36,330 nt of DNA from an uncultured Candidatus Saccharibacteria bacterium (GCA_964443635.1 CAYUDJ010000002.1:6565-42894); one strand, 5' to 3'; shown: positions 14,548-23,082, numbered from the stretch's first letter. Program-made: numbers and translations. Notes: generated by a model not told the origin, from the sequence alone.

Positions 14548-15135
14548 ATGGCAATGCTTGAATACAACGAAATCACCCTCCGCAAGATCATCGTATGGGA
14601 TGGACTTCCTCACGAAGTACTCGCCTCTCACGTCTTCCGTAAACAGCAGCGCAAGCCGGTCAATGCGACCAAGCTCAAAAATCTCATCACAGGGCGTGTC
14701 GCTGAAATCTCCTTCGGAGGATCTGAAAAAGCAGAAGAAGCTGATATCTCAACCCGTACTGCAATCTATCTCTACAAAGCAAAGGGTGAGATCTGGCTCT
14801 GTGACCCCAAGGACCGTGCAAAGCGCTACACACTCAAAGAAGAAATTGCTGGGGACAAGATGAAATACATCAAAGAAAACAGCGAGATAGAGCTCATCAT
14901 TTATACCAATGACGAGGATGAAGAACAGGTTATTGGTATCAAGGTACCCGTTAAGGTTGAGCTCACTATCACTGATGCTCCCCCATCCATCAAAGGATCT
15001 ACTATGACCGGCGGAAACAAAGTTGCAACCGTCGAGACTGGCGCAAGCGTCAATGTTCCCCTATTCATCAATATTGGAGAAAAAATTCGTATCAATACAG
15101 AAACTGGAGAATATACAGAACGAGTAAGCTCATAA
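14548..15135 (+). CDS. efp: elongation factor P
   Basis: ORF 14485-15135. ATG at 14548 gives a 195-aa product of normal EF-P size. The sequence ...KLKNLITGRV...YLY...F.D... and the C-terminal block DAPPSIKGSTMTGGNKVATVETGASVNVPLFINIGEKIRINTETGEYTERV match the EF-P OB domains. Confidence 0.9.
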   Translation: MAMLEYNEITLRKIIVWDGLPHEVLASHVFRKQQRKPVNATKLKNLITGRVAEISFGGSEKAEEADISTRTAIYLYKAKGEIWLCDPKDRAKRYTLKEEIAGDKMKYIKENSEIELIIYTNDEDEEQVIGIKVPVKVELTITDAPPSIKGSTMTGGNKVATVETGASVNVPLFINIGEKIRINTETGEYTERVSS

Positions 15136-15137
15136 AT

Positions 15138-15163
15138 AAAAACCCCTCAATTGAGGGGTTTTT
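15138..15163. terminator. bidirectional rho-independent terminator between convergent efp and the 15178-15618 ORF
   Basis: aaaaa-cccctc-aatt-gagggg-ttttt. Confidence 0.8.
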
Positions 15164-15177
15164 ATTTATGAAGCTAT

Positions 15178-15618
15178 TTATCGTGTCTTTATTGTTTTTA
15201 TAGGGGTGGTTGAGGAAGGAAGATCGGTCTTCAATCCTGAAGTATTAACTTTCAAGTTTTCGATAATCACTACTGCGGGGCAATGAGAGTTTGCCATGAT
15301 GTTATATGGTACACCTACAGTAGTCCACGAACCACCGATATGCCAACCAAAAATGTTCACGCCTCCCGTAAACTCTTCATTGACCCATGCGGTGCCGCCA
15401 GGAACACCCGGATACGTGATACAGCGACTACGACTCCTTCGATCTGGTGTTTTTGTATCTGTAGAAGCAGCTACAACAGTTTTCTGAGCTACAAGTTCAT
15501 TTGTTGCCTGCCCGGCAAGCGCAGCCTGCCCAGGCAACTCTTGGTTTTTCTTAACATATAAAAATGCCACAACTACAACGACAGCAATGACAAAAGTAAC
15601 AATAAGTGATTTCTTCAT
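15178..15618 (-). CDS. membrane-anchored or exported small protein (unknown function)
   Basis: 146 aa with ATG at 15618. The N-terminal hydrophobic helix is LIVTFVIAVVVVVAFLYV, followed by a C-terminal Gly/Trp-rich domain with two Cys. Confidence 0.5.
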   Translation of the reverse strand: MKKSLIVTFVIAVVVVVAFLYVKKNQELPGQAALAGQATNELVAQKTVVAASTDTKTPDRRSRSRCITYPGVPGGTAWVNEEFTGGVNIFGWHIGGSWTTVGVPYNIMANSHCPAVVIIENLKVNTSGLKTDLPSSTTPIKTIKTR

Positions 15619-15662
15619 AGTATAAATGTTACTGCTAAATAATTACTCGTGTAGTATAGCAT

Positions 15663-15688
15663 AAAAAAGCCGCCTCTTTCGAGACGGC
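15663..15688 (-). terminator. terminator-like hairpin after the 15714-16136 gene
   Basis: Minus-strand reading: gccgtctc-gaaa-gaggcggc followed by tttttt (one mismatch in an 8-bp stem). Confidence 0.65.
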
Positions 15689-15713
15689 AATAAAACCCTT
15701 ACAAAACCAAAAA

Positions 15714-16136
15714 TTATGATTGCTCGGGTATATAAAGCAATGTAACTTTTTTTCCAACAAAACGTTTTGAGGACTTTCTATAGTCGATGACAAAAATCTT
15801 TTTTCTTTTTTTGTATGTAGCCACCACTATACCGTGATCTACTTTTACAATAATTTTTCTTCTATGTTTCTTTGGTAAACTATCCGGATTTCGGAAGTCA
15901 TACCAAATTAAAATTGAAGGTCCATCATATGGCGTCAACGATGACGATATACTGCCATCGTAGACAATTTCTTTTTGAGAGATTGTGTCAGTGGGACCGG
16001 TCGGCATACCCGACGGCTTACCCTGAGCAATTTTCTCTTCCATTCTTTTGGTATACGCAAAATTCTTTTTTATATCCTGAGAATACCCTACTGCACCAAT
16101 AACTATTAGTGCAGACAAAACAATGATTTTTTTCAT
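15714..16136 (-). CDS. small secreted basic protein (unknown function, AT-rich gene)
   Basis: 140 aa with ATG at 16136. The signal-peptide-like N-terminus is MKKIIVLSALIVIGAVGYS/QD, and the C-terminal half is Lys-rich. It has its own terminator. Confidence 0.5.
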   Translation of the reverse strand: MKKIIVLSALIVIGAVGYSQDIKKNFAYTKRMEEKIAQGKPSGMPTGPTDTISQKEIVYDGSISSSLTPYDGPSILIWYDFRNPDSLPKKHRRKIIVKVDHGIVVATYKKRKKIFVIDYRKSSKRFVGKKVTLLYIPEQS

Positions 16137-16225
16137 TATGGTGATTTTATGGTGTATGAATTTGTGACAAAGATTCTGTGTTTATAGTAGAATATAACTA
16201 CTATACTGTCAATAGAGGCCGCTCC

Positions 16226-16263
16226 AAACAAAAACACTCCCCTTTCGAGGAGTGTTTTTGTTT
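16226..16263 (-). terminator. rho-independent terminator after rpsR
   Basis: cactcc (16235-16240) pairs with ggagtg (16249-16254), extended by A/T pairs. There is a U-run on the minus strand. It starts about 7 nt after the rpsR stop. Confidence 0.75.
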
Positions 16264-16269
16264 GGGTTA

Positions 16270-16470
16270 TTAGTTCACGATGAACGGGATAAGTCCCATG
16301 AATCGTGAGCGCTTGACTGCTTCAGCCAGCTGACGCTGGTTCTTTGCAGTGAGACCTGTTCGTCGTCGTCCGACAATGCGGCCGTTCGGATTCAAGAATC
16401 GCTTCAAGGTATCAATATCCTTGTAGTCGATAAAGCGAATGTTGTTTGCGTTAAAGTAATCGTTTTTCAT
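16270..16470 (-). CDS. rpsR: 30S ribosomal protein S18
   Basis: 66 aa. The sequence FIDYKDIDTLKRFLNPNGRIVGRRRTGLTAKNQRQLAEAVKRSRFMGLIPF is typical of S18. Confidence 0.93.
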   Translation of the reverse strand: MKNDYFNANNIRFIDYKDIDTLKRFLNPNGRIVGRRRTGLTAKNQRQLAEAVKRSRFMGLIPFIVN

Positions 16471-16492
16471 ACGTAAGAATTATTAGTTAAGA

Positions 16493-16969
16493 TTAGAACG
16501 GAATGTCTTCGAGGTTGATTTCTTCATCTGGATATTCGATAGTATCGAGATCTGCGGGAGCATCCTTTTGAGGAGCTTCGCCATCACCGATGCCGTTTGA
16601 GCTCTGTGAAGGACCACTACCCATGCCGCCTGTCGCCCCACCTGCTTTCGGACCAAACTGGAAGTTTTCCACAATGATCTCAGTACGGTACTTTTTCTGA
16701 CCATCTGCAGCATCCCAGCTACGAGTCTGAATACGTCCTTCGACATACACAGAACTACCCTTCTTGAGCCATTGTGCCATTGTTTCAGCCTGACGACCGA
16801 ATGCAACGACGTTGTGATACTCAGTCGAGTCTCGCTTTGCACCGCTCTGGTCTTTCCAGGTACGGTTCGTAGCAATACCAATTGCAGCAACTTTGCTGCC
16901 GGTTGGTAGGGCTTTGAGTTCAGGATCGCGGGTAAGATTACCGATAAGAAATACTTTGTTTAAATACAT
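16493..16969 (-). CDS. ssb: single-stranded DNA-binding protein
   Basis: 158 aa. It has MYLNKVFLIGNLTRDPELK...TEYHNVVAFGRQAE...YVEGRIQTRSW, a Gly-rich linker and the acidic C-terminal tip ...EDIPF. Confidence 0.93.
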   Translation of the reverse strand: MYLNKVFLIGNLTRDPELKALPTGSKVAAIGIATNRTWKDQSGAKRDSTEYHNVVAFGRQAETMAQWLKKGSSVYVEGRIQTRSWDAADGQKKYRTEIIVENFQFGPKAGGATGGMGSGPSQSSNGIGDGEAPQKDAPADLDTIEYPDEEINLEDIPF

Positions 16970-17044
16970 ATGTTCTTAGTCTATAGGTGAAGCTGATAGT
17001 GTGCAAGATGAGAAATCCCCAGAAGTAAAGGAAAAATAAATTCC

Positions 17045-17572
17045 TTATTCTGTCTCAGTTTCTTCCTTTTCTGCCGGAGCAGCTACTACTTCCTCCTCGA
17101 CACTTGGAAGTTTTTCGTGATCTTCTTTCATATCATCTTCAGTAATATCATCGAGAGTTTCGTCTTCGAGACCTTCAATCAATTCATCTGCCAATGATCC
17201 TCCGCGCTTTGCTTCGGTCTTTGGCTTCTTGAAGATGATGCTGTTGTCAGCAGTCGTCTTGATGAGGAGGTATCGGATGAGAGTCTGATCAGCATCGAGT
17301 GCCTTCTTGAGTGCAACGAGTGCATCAGGGGCAGCTTCAAATTTGATCCACCCAAAATATCCTTGCGTCCATTTTACTTTCTTTCCAGAGACATCTTTTT
17401 CCATCTGGTATGCAAGGTCAATGAATTCAGGAAGTCCGTCTGAAAGAACGGTTCCCTCTTGTTTGGTAATGTGCGCTTTGAGTGCGTCAACTGAAGAAGC
17501 AATATCGCCTTCAGTGATACTCGGTACGAGGATGAATCCAAGCTCGTACACACGTGTCATGGTGTCTGACAT
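17045..17572 (-). CDS. rpsF: 30S ribosomal protein S6 with long acidic C-terminal extension
   Basis: 175 aa. ATG at 17572; the alternative ATG at 17560 gives MTRVYELGFILVP, the usual S6 N-terminus. The gene order S6-SSB-S18 is the classical operon. The last ~60 aa are Glu/Asp-rich. Confidence 0.88.
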   Translation of the reverse strand: MSDTMTRVYELGFILVPSITEGDIASSVDALKAHITKQEGTVLSDGLPEFIDLAYQMEKDVSGKKVKWTQGYFGWIKFEAAPDALVALKKALDADQTLIRYLLIKTTADNSIIFKKPKTEAKRGGSLADELIEGLEDETLDDITEDDMKEDHEKLPSVEEEVVAAPAEKEETETE

Positions 17573-17702
17573 ATAACTATTTGTTTGTTTAATAAAAAGC
17601 CCGTTTCGGACCGATGCCCTAGGATTAATGCCTTAGAAAACAGGCGCTTCCCAGAGAACGGGGCTGTGGGCACATACTACCCTAAAAGGAGGGTTTTGTA
17701 AA
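17573..17702 (-). promoter_or_regulatory. candidate rpsF 5' leader / attenuator-like element
   Basis: 130-nt spacer between the tatD stop and the rpsF start. On the minus strand, agccccgtt...aacgggct can pair with one bulge, enclosing ~55 nt, and is followed by tttttatt only ~30 nt before the rpsF ATG. There is little room for a separate promoter. Confidence 0.25.
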
Positions 17703-18488
17703 TCAGCTTATTTTGAAGAGGTTTTTGCTATTTTGGAGGAGCTGAGCCTGTGTTTCTTCTACAGAAATTCTTTTCAGCTCAGCAATCTTCTTCACTACTT
17801 CTACAACATACGCCGGTTCATTACGGGTGCCACGATATGGGATAGGTGCTGCAAATGGAGCATCAGTTTCCGGGAGAATACGATCGAGTGGGACATATCG
17901 AACCACTTCCTCATACTCAGGAAATATCGTAATGATGCCGGAAAATGAAATATGAAAACCAAGATCCAAAAATTGCTGTGCGGTTTCCTTCGTCCCTGCG
18001 AAAAAATGCGCAGTACCTCGCATGCCAGGCCATTGTTTTTTCCATTCCCCTAGTATGACTAGCGCATCTTCATACGCGTCCATACTATTGTGTTGTGGAC
18101 GAATATGGAGCATGAGGGGCAAATCAGTTTCCTTTGCGAGCGCGATCTGTGCCTCAAATAGTTTTTTTTGTTCTGGAATATGTTCACGCTCTCGCTCGCG
18201 ATAGTAGTCGAGTCCACATTCACCTATTGCGACAACTTTGCTCTGCCCTGCCAGAGATATAAAAGCATCAGTATCGAATTCTTTGAACCATTCGGTCGGA
18301 TGCTGCCCCACGCATGCCCAAATACTGTCATGTGTTGCAGCAAACTCTACAGCTTTTGCACTGGTCTCTTCGTCTACGCCGACGCATATTGTCCCTACCC
18401 CAGCGGAGTCCATACGCGCAATCGCCTCATCGCGATCAGTATCGAATTGAGTGAGATTGAAGTGGGAGTGAGTGTCGACGATGTTCAT
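17703..18488 (-). CDS. tatD: TatD-family metal-dependent hydrolase/DNase
   Basis: ORF 17703-18512. ATG at 18488 gives MNIVDTHSHFNL (the TatD HxH motif) and sits 2 nt after the upstream stop. Also present are AIGECGLDYYR, LPLMLHIR and ETDAPF. Confidence 0.88.
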   Translation of the reverse strand: MNIVDTHSHFNLTQFDTDRDEAIARMDSAGVGTICVGVDEETSAKAVEFAATHDSIWACVGQHPTEWFKEFDTDAFISLAGQSKVVAIGECGLDYYREREREHIPEQKKLFEAQIALAKETDLPLMLHIRPQHNSMDAYEDALVILGEWKKQWPGMRGTAHFFAGTKETAQQFLDLGFHISFSGIITIFPEYEEVVRYVPLDRILPETDAPFAAPIPYRGTRNEPAYVVEVVKKIAELKRISVEETQAQLLQNSKNLFKIS

Positions 18489-18490
18489 AG

Positions 18491-19261
18491 TTACCATTGA
18501 AATTCCTGCCAATCCATTTTCTTTTTATACTCTTTCAAAAGTTCATGAAGCTCTCCTTTTGGTTCTGAAGCACGGATCATATCGATTCCATTTTCTAAAT
18601 TCATCATTTCATCTTCAACACCAAAAAGCTCCTTGTTCATTCGATTTGGAGACATAAACTCATCTTTTTTGCCGAGGACTACATGGTCTTGAATAATATC
18701 AGCAGGATCAAAATTAGGATTATCCCGCTCCTGATATAACCTCCCAGCAATAGCAGATCCTATTGAACTGTTTACACTATATGCCTTATCTATTTCTTGA
18801 TCATAATTGAGAGTGTTATTCAAAATGGTTATAATTTTTTTTAGAGGCGGAACTGTATATCCATTATTCATATTTTCTGCATTTGTTTTAACCAACCAGT
18901 TATCTCCAAAACCAAGAAAAGGATACCATCCACCCTGGTTTTTTCCATCTGTTCCTTGCTTTGATCGATAAAAAGGGATGACGTGATCATTAACTTTCGA
19001 AAAGAGAATTGGTCTACCCCATCGAAACGACCAATTTTTATCGGGTGCAGCATGAGCAAGAATGCCATTCTCTAATAAAGCTGACACTCGTTCGTTTTCT
19101 GGCAATGCATTTATTTTTTCGATGTATTCATTTTCTGAAACACCAATAGTTGAAAGAATATCTTCTTTATCAATAGAAAATCCAGACTCTTGCGCAACAG
19201 TAAGAAACGGTCTTTCGATTATTATTTCTTTATTTTCTTGACTGAAAGGGATTTTTTCCAT
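18491..19261 (-). CDS. hypothetical protein (AT-rich ORFan between metG and tatD)
   Basis: 256 aa with ATG at 19261, 3 nt after the metG stop; its stop is 2 nt before the tatD start. It has no signal peptide or TM helix, and I recognise no motif. It is rich in Asn/Lys/Glu/Ile. Confidence 0.6.
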   Translation of the reverse strand: MEKIPFSQENKEIIIERPFLTVAQESGFSIDKEDILSTIGVSENEYIEKINALPENERVSALLENGILAHAAPDKNWSFRWGRPILFSKVNDHVIPFYRSKQGTDGKNQGGWYPFLGFGDNWLVKTNAENMNNGYTVPPLKKIITILNNTLNYDQEIDKAYSVNSSIGSAIAGRLYQERDNPNFDPADIIQDHVVLGKKDEFMSPNRMNKELFGVEDEMMNLENGIDMIRASEPKGELHELLKEYKKKMDWQEFQW

Positions 19262-19264
19262 ACC

Positions 19265-20698
19265 TTAATTCAATCTTTGGAATAATGGTGTTTCTGGTTT
19301 CTTATTTTCCTTAATAAGCGCAAGGATTTTTGCAGATGTCTCAGGGAGAAATGGCGCAAGCGAAGTTGCAATAGTATGCAACTCTTGCACCAATTTTTTA
19401 ATCATATCTTTTCCAACTTCTGGATCAACCTTCACCACCGAGAATGGTTTCTCCAATGCAATACGCGCATCGAGCTCCCCTATTTTTTGCCAGATGATTT
19501 GCATCGCTATCTGGATATCAAAATGCTCCATCACTTCTGCAAGCTCTGGGATACTATCTTCTGATACCTCAACAGACTCACAGTGCGCTTCGGAAAGCGT
19601 AAGAATGCGAGAAGTCAGATTACCAATACCGTTGGCAAGACCTGATTGAAATGAATCGCGAAAGCGCTCAATCGTAAATGGGCTATCCTCAAAGCTCAAT
19701 ATTTCTTTCAAAAGGAAAAATCGAAGCGCATCAGTGCCGTATTCATTTGCAATAGACAACGGATCAACAACATTTCCCAATGTCTTTGACATACGCAGAC
19801 CTCCATCAGCTGTTATAAATCCATTGATGACGATTTGAGCTGAATTTGGAAGCTCTGCTGCCATGAGCATTGCCTGCCACATGACCGACTGAAAACGTGT
19901 ATTGTCTTTGCCGCAGTATTGTGTTGGCGTACCCTCCGTCCAATATTTCTCAAATTTCTTTTCGTCTTCAGGCCAACCAAGGGTCGAGATATAGTTGGTG
20001 AGTGCATCAAACCATACATACATAACCTGGCTTTCATCTCCCGGTACTGGCACACCCCATGACATTTTTTCTTTCATTCTCGAAATTGAGAAATCTTGGA
20101 GTCCGCGCGAAACAAATGACTTCATTTCATTGAAACGAAATTCCGGGATGACAAACGTTGGATGCTGATCATAAAAGGCGAGTAGTTTTTCTTGAAATGC
20201 AGAGAATTTGAAAAAGTAATTTTCTTCACTGATTACTTCAAGCACAACCCCAGGGTGGAGTGGGCACTCTCCTTCTACAAGCTCTGAGTCGGTCTTTTCG
20301 GATTCGCAGCCGACACAATATTTGGCTTCATAATTTTTTTTATAAATATATCCACGGTCAGCAACGCGCTTCCAAAATTCCTGTGCAGCACGAACATGAT
20401 GCTCATCAGTTGTACGAATAAAATGCACCGCATCAGTTATACCAAATGATGCGACCTGTGTTTTAAATGTTTCAAATCCTCTATCAACAAACGCTTGTGC
20501 GGACATTCCCTCTTCAGCTGCTTTTGTCGCAATTTTTTGTCCATGCTCATCTGTCCCCGTATTGAAAAAAACATCGTATCCTTGCAACATTTTGTATCGC
20601 GCGAATGCATCAGTGCGAACAAATTCTAACGCATGCCCCATATGAAGCGGTGCATTTACATACGGCAATGTGGTCGTTATATAGAAAGGTTTAGACAT
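19265..20698 (-). CDS. metG: methionyl-tRNA synthetase (minimal form, no C-terminal tRNA-binding domain)
   Basis: 477 aa. It has YITTTLPYVNAPLHMGHALE (HIGH-type motif), a zinc-knuckle region YCVGCESEKT...EGECPLH, and GGLRMSKTLGNVVDP (KMSKS-type motif). Confidence 0.93.
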   Translation of the reverse strand: MSKPFYITTTLPYVNAPLHMGHALEFVRTDAFARYKMLQGYDVFFNTGTDEHGQKIATKAAEEGMSAQAFVDRGFETFKTQVASFGITDAVHFIRTTDEHHVRAAQEFWKRVADRGYIYKKNYEAKYCVGCESEKTDSELVEGECPLHPGVVLEVISEENYFFKFSAFQEKLLAFYDQHPTFVIPEFRFNEMKSFVSRGLQDFSISRMKEKMSWGVPVPGDESQVMYVWFDALTNYISTLGWPEDEKKFEKYWTEGTPTQYCGKDNTRFQSVMWQAMLMAAELPNSAQIVINGFITADGGLRMSKTLGNVVDPLSIANEYGTDALRFFLLKEILSFEDSPFTIERFRDSFQSGLANGIGNLTSRILTLSEAHCESVEVSEDSIPELAEVMEHFDIQIAMQIIWQKIGELDARIALEKPFSVVKVDPEVGKDMIKKLVQELHTIATSLAPFLPETSAKILALIKENKKPETPLFQRLN

Positions 20699-20700
20699 AT

Positions 20701-21783
20701 TTATACAATTGGTTCTGAAAATGTTGAGTGTGGCGGATTTGATTGTATCGGTACGAGCTTTTGTTTTTCAACATCACTCATATATTCAAGTACAAATACT
20801 GCAACCGGCATTGCAATAACTGCACCCCAGAATCCTGCAAGCGTAATACCGACCAAGAATGCGAGCAAGACGACCAATGGCGGAATACCAACAATGCGTC
20901 GTGCGACAACAGGACTCAACACATAACTCTCGATCTGCTGGATAACAATATAGAAGATAAGCACCTTCACACCGAGCAATACCCCTCCATCAATCACTGC
21001 AAAAAGGATTGCAGGGATCGCCGCAAATATAATACCGAAAGGCACGAGCTCAGCAATACCGGAAATAACTCCAATAAGGAATGCATACTGTACACCGAGC
21101 AATGCAAGCACTACAAATACTGCTGCCCCTACAATAAGTCCAAGCAAGAGTTGCCCCTTGAACCATAGCCCAATCTTGCGTTGCGTACGAGCCCAGAGGT
21201 CTACGACATATCGTTCATGTTTGGCAGGAGTGAGAATACGCAAAAAAGTATCAATACCCTTTTCCTGAATTGAGAGATAAAATGACATTACTACGATAAG
21301 GATACCGTTAAGGAGTCCTCCAAAGGTAGAGCCAATGAATGAGGTCGCTCCTTGGGAAAGAAGTGACGCAGATGTTTTGATATTACCAATCAAATCAGTC
21401 AGTGAAGACTGTTTGGTTATATCAGTAACAAGCTGGGTTGCACCGTCGATTGACTGTTTGTCGACTCCGCTTGAAGGGAGATATTTGAACAAGAGTGCGA
21501 GCATGTCGGAGAGTTCGCGCATGACAATCGGTACGAATGCATAAAAAATACCGAAAATGATTAACATGGTAAGTGTAAAAATAATCGGAACCGACAAGTT
21601 GCGACCAATCTTGTACCGAGCAAATGCATGCACCCCTGCTTCAACAAATGATGCGATGACTATGGAGACCAGAACGAGTAGCAACACATCCCGAAGCATA
21701 AATAAAATATACGTCAGGAAAATAAGGAGAATAAGCCGGATGATAGTACCATTGCTGATGCGTGTCGTATGGGATTCACTCAT
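20701..21783 (-). CDS. AI-2E family transporter (PerM/UPF0118-like permease)
   Basis: The tracked ORF starts on GTG at 21801; ATG at 21783 (MSESHTT...) is preferred. It is a polytopic membrane protein with the family-typical ...GVISGIAELVPFGIIFAAIPAILFAV... segment. Confidence 0.75.
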   Translation of the reverse strand: MSESHTTRISNGTIIRLILLIFLTYILFMLRDVLLLVLVSIVIASFVEAGVHAFARYKIGRNLSVPIIFTLTMLIIFGIFYAFVPIVMRELSDMLALLFKYLPSSGVDKQSIDGATQLVTDITKQSSLTDLIGNIKTSASLLSQGATSFIGSTFGGLLNGILIVVMSFYLSIQEKGIDTFLRILTPAKHERYVVDLWARTQRKIGLWFKGQLLLGLIVGAAVFVVLALLGVQYAFLIGVISGIAELVPFGIIFAAIPAILFAVIDGGVLLGVKVLIFYIVIQQIESYVLSPVVARRIVGIPPLVVLLAFLVGITLAGFWGAVIAMPVAVFVLEYMSDVEKQKLVPIQSNPPHSTFSEPIV

Positions 21784-21810
21784 ATACTGGTATGGTACCA
21801 CCCTCTGCCC

Positions 21811-23082
21811 CTACAAGGAAGCGAGTGCGGTTGTATCGATATCCTTCTCTTCATATGGACCTACCACGGAAAGAGTAGCCCTTGTCCCCACAAAAAGCTT
21901 GCGCGCAATACGCCGAATGTCAGCAGCAGTGACTGCTCGATACTCCTTTTCTATGTCCTGTGGTGTCATCAGCTCCTTGCCCATGACTGCAGGAACTCCA
22001 TAAAATGACGCGACTTCATCAGTTGTCTCAAGTCCGAGGCGAAGCATGCCGATTGCATATTCTTTTGCTTTTGAAAGTTCTCCTTCAGATATGGGTGCCT
22101 GTTTGAGCACTGAAAGCTCAGTCGCAATACGTGCAATGATTTCATTGATGCGAGCCTTGTCGATACCTGCAACAATACAAAATATTCCGTGATCCATAAA
22201 CCCTTCTTGTTCCACATGCACGTAGTACGCCGCGCCCATGTCTTCGCGAAGTATCTGAAAGAGTCGCGCACTCATACCCCTACCCAACAATGTCGCCAGT
22301 AGTTGCAATGCGCGCGCATCGCGATGTCGATATGCAACTGAGCGAAAACCGATTGCGATATGTGCCTGGTCAGACGGACGATACATGAGTCCTCGGACAA
22401 ATGCACTCTGGTTGTCATTTGTTTTTTTCATTTTCACTCCTTTCCGAGCAGTGCTTGTAGCGAATGCCTTTGCGACATCTCTTTTTACAGAAACACTATC
22501 AATAGGTCCGGCAACAATGACGACGGTATTGCCCCCATGGTAATGGGTCCGAACATAGTCAATAAAATCCTTTTGCGTAAATGATGAAACAGTTTCTTTA
22601 CTTCCGATGATGGGTCGCCCAGCAGGCTGATCGGGATACATGAGTTTCACCAATTGCTCCCCCGCTTTTTGTGGCAACTGGTCTTCGTACATATTGATTT
22701 CCTCGATAATCACCCCTTTTTCCTTTTCAATTTCGATCTCAGGGAATGTTGAATGCAAATAAATATCTCCCAGCACATCGATGAATGTTGCGAGGTGTGA
22801 TGGGTTGCCTTTGGCATAGTAACCAGTGTACTCATTGCTCGTGAATGCATTGGACACGGCACCGATTGCATCAAGTTCTTCGGCAATAGCGCGGGAAGAC
22901 GTACGTTTGACGGTACCTTTAAAAGACATGTGTTCCAAGAAATGCGAAAGGCCGGCCTGTTTGTCCGCCTCATACGATGAACCGGTACCAACAAGGACAA
23001 GTGCTGTTGCAGTCGTTGCATCAGGTTGTGGAATGGTAATGAGACGCAAACCGCTTGGGAATGTAGTGATTTTTGGTTTCAA
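21811..23082 (-). CDS. M16 family (pitrilysin/insulinase-like) zinc peptidase
   Basis: 423 aa. It has the inverted zinc motif HFLEHMSFKG (HxxEH) with downstream EKGVIIEEINMYED. The only available start is TTG at 23082, 4 nt after the glyQS stop. Confidence 0.85.
   Translation of the reverse strand: MKPKITTFPSGLRLITIPQPDATTATALVLVGTGSSYEADKQAGLSHFLEHMSFKGTVKRTSSRAIAEELDAIGAVSNAFTSNEYTGYYAKGNPSHLATFIDVLGDIYLHSTFPEIEIEKEKGVIIEEINMYEDQLPQKAGEQLVKLMYPDQPAGRPIIGSKETVSSFTQKDFIDYVRTHYHGGNTVVIVAGPIDSVSVKRDVAKAFATSTARKGVKMKKTNDNQSAFVRGLMYRPSDQAHIAIGFRSVAYRHRDARALQLLATLLGRGMSARLFQILREDMGAAYYVHVEQEGFMDHGIFCIVAGIDKARINEIIARIATELSVLKQAPISEGELSKAKEYAIGMLRLGLETTDEVASFYGVPAVMGKELMTPQDIEKEYRAVTAADIRRIARKLFVGTRATLSVVGPYEEKDIDTTALASL

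Noticed and set aside
14454-14591. Long versions of the two divergent ORFs (13893-14591 and 14485-15135), which would overlap each other by about 100 nt.
   Set aside because: Internal ATGs at 14453 and 14548 remove the overlap, give EF-P its normal length and leave a plausible divergent promoter region.
17678-17697. Hairpin accct-cctttt-agggt just after the tatD stop, considered as a tatD terminator.
   Set aside because: It has only a 5-bp stem and no U-tract on the minus strand, so it is too weak to call.
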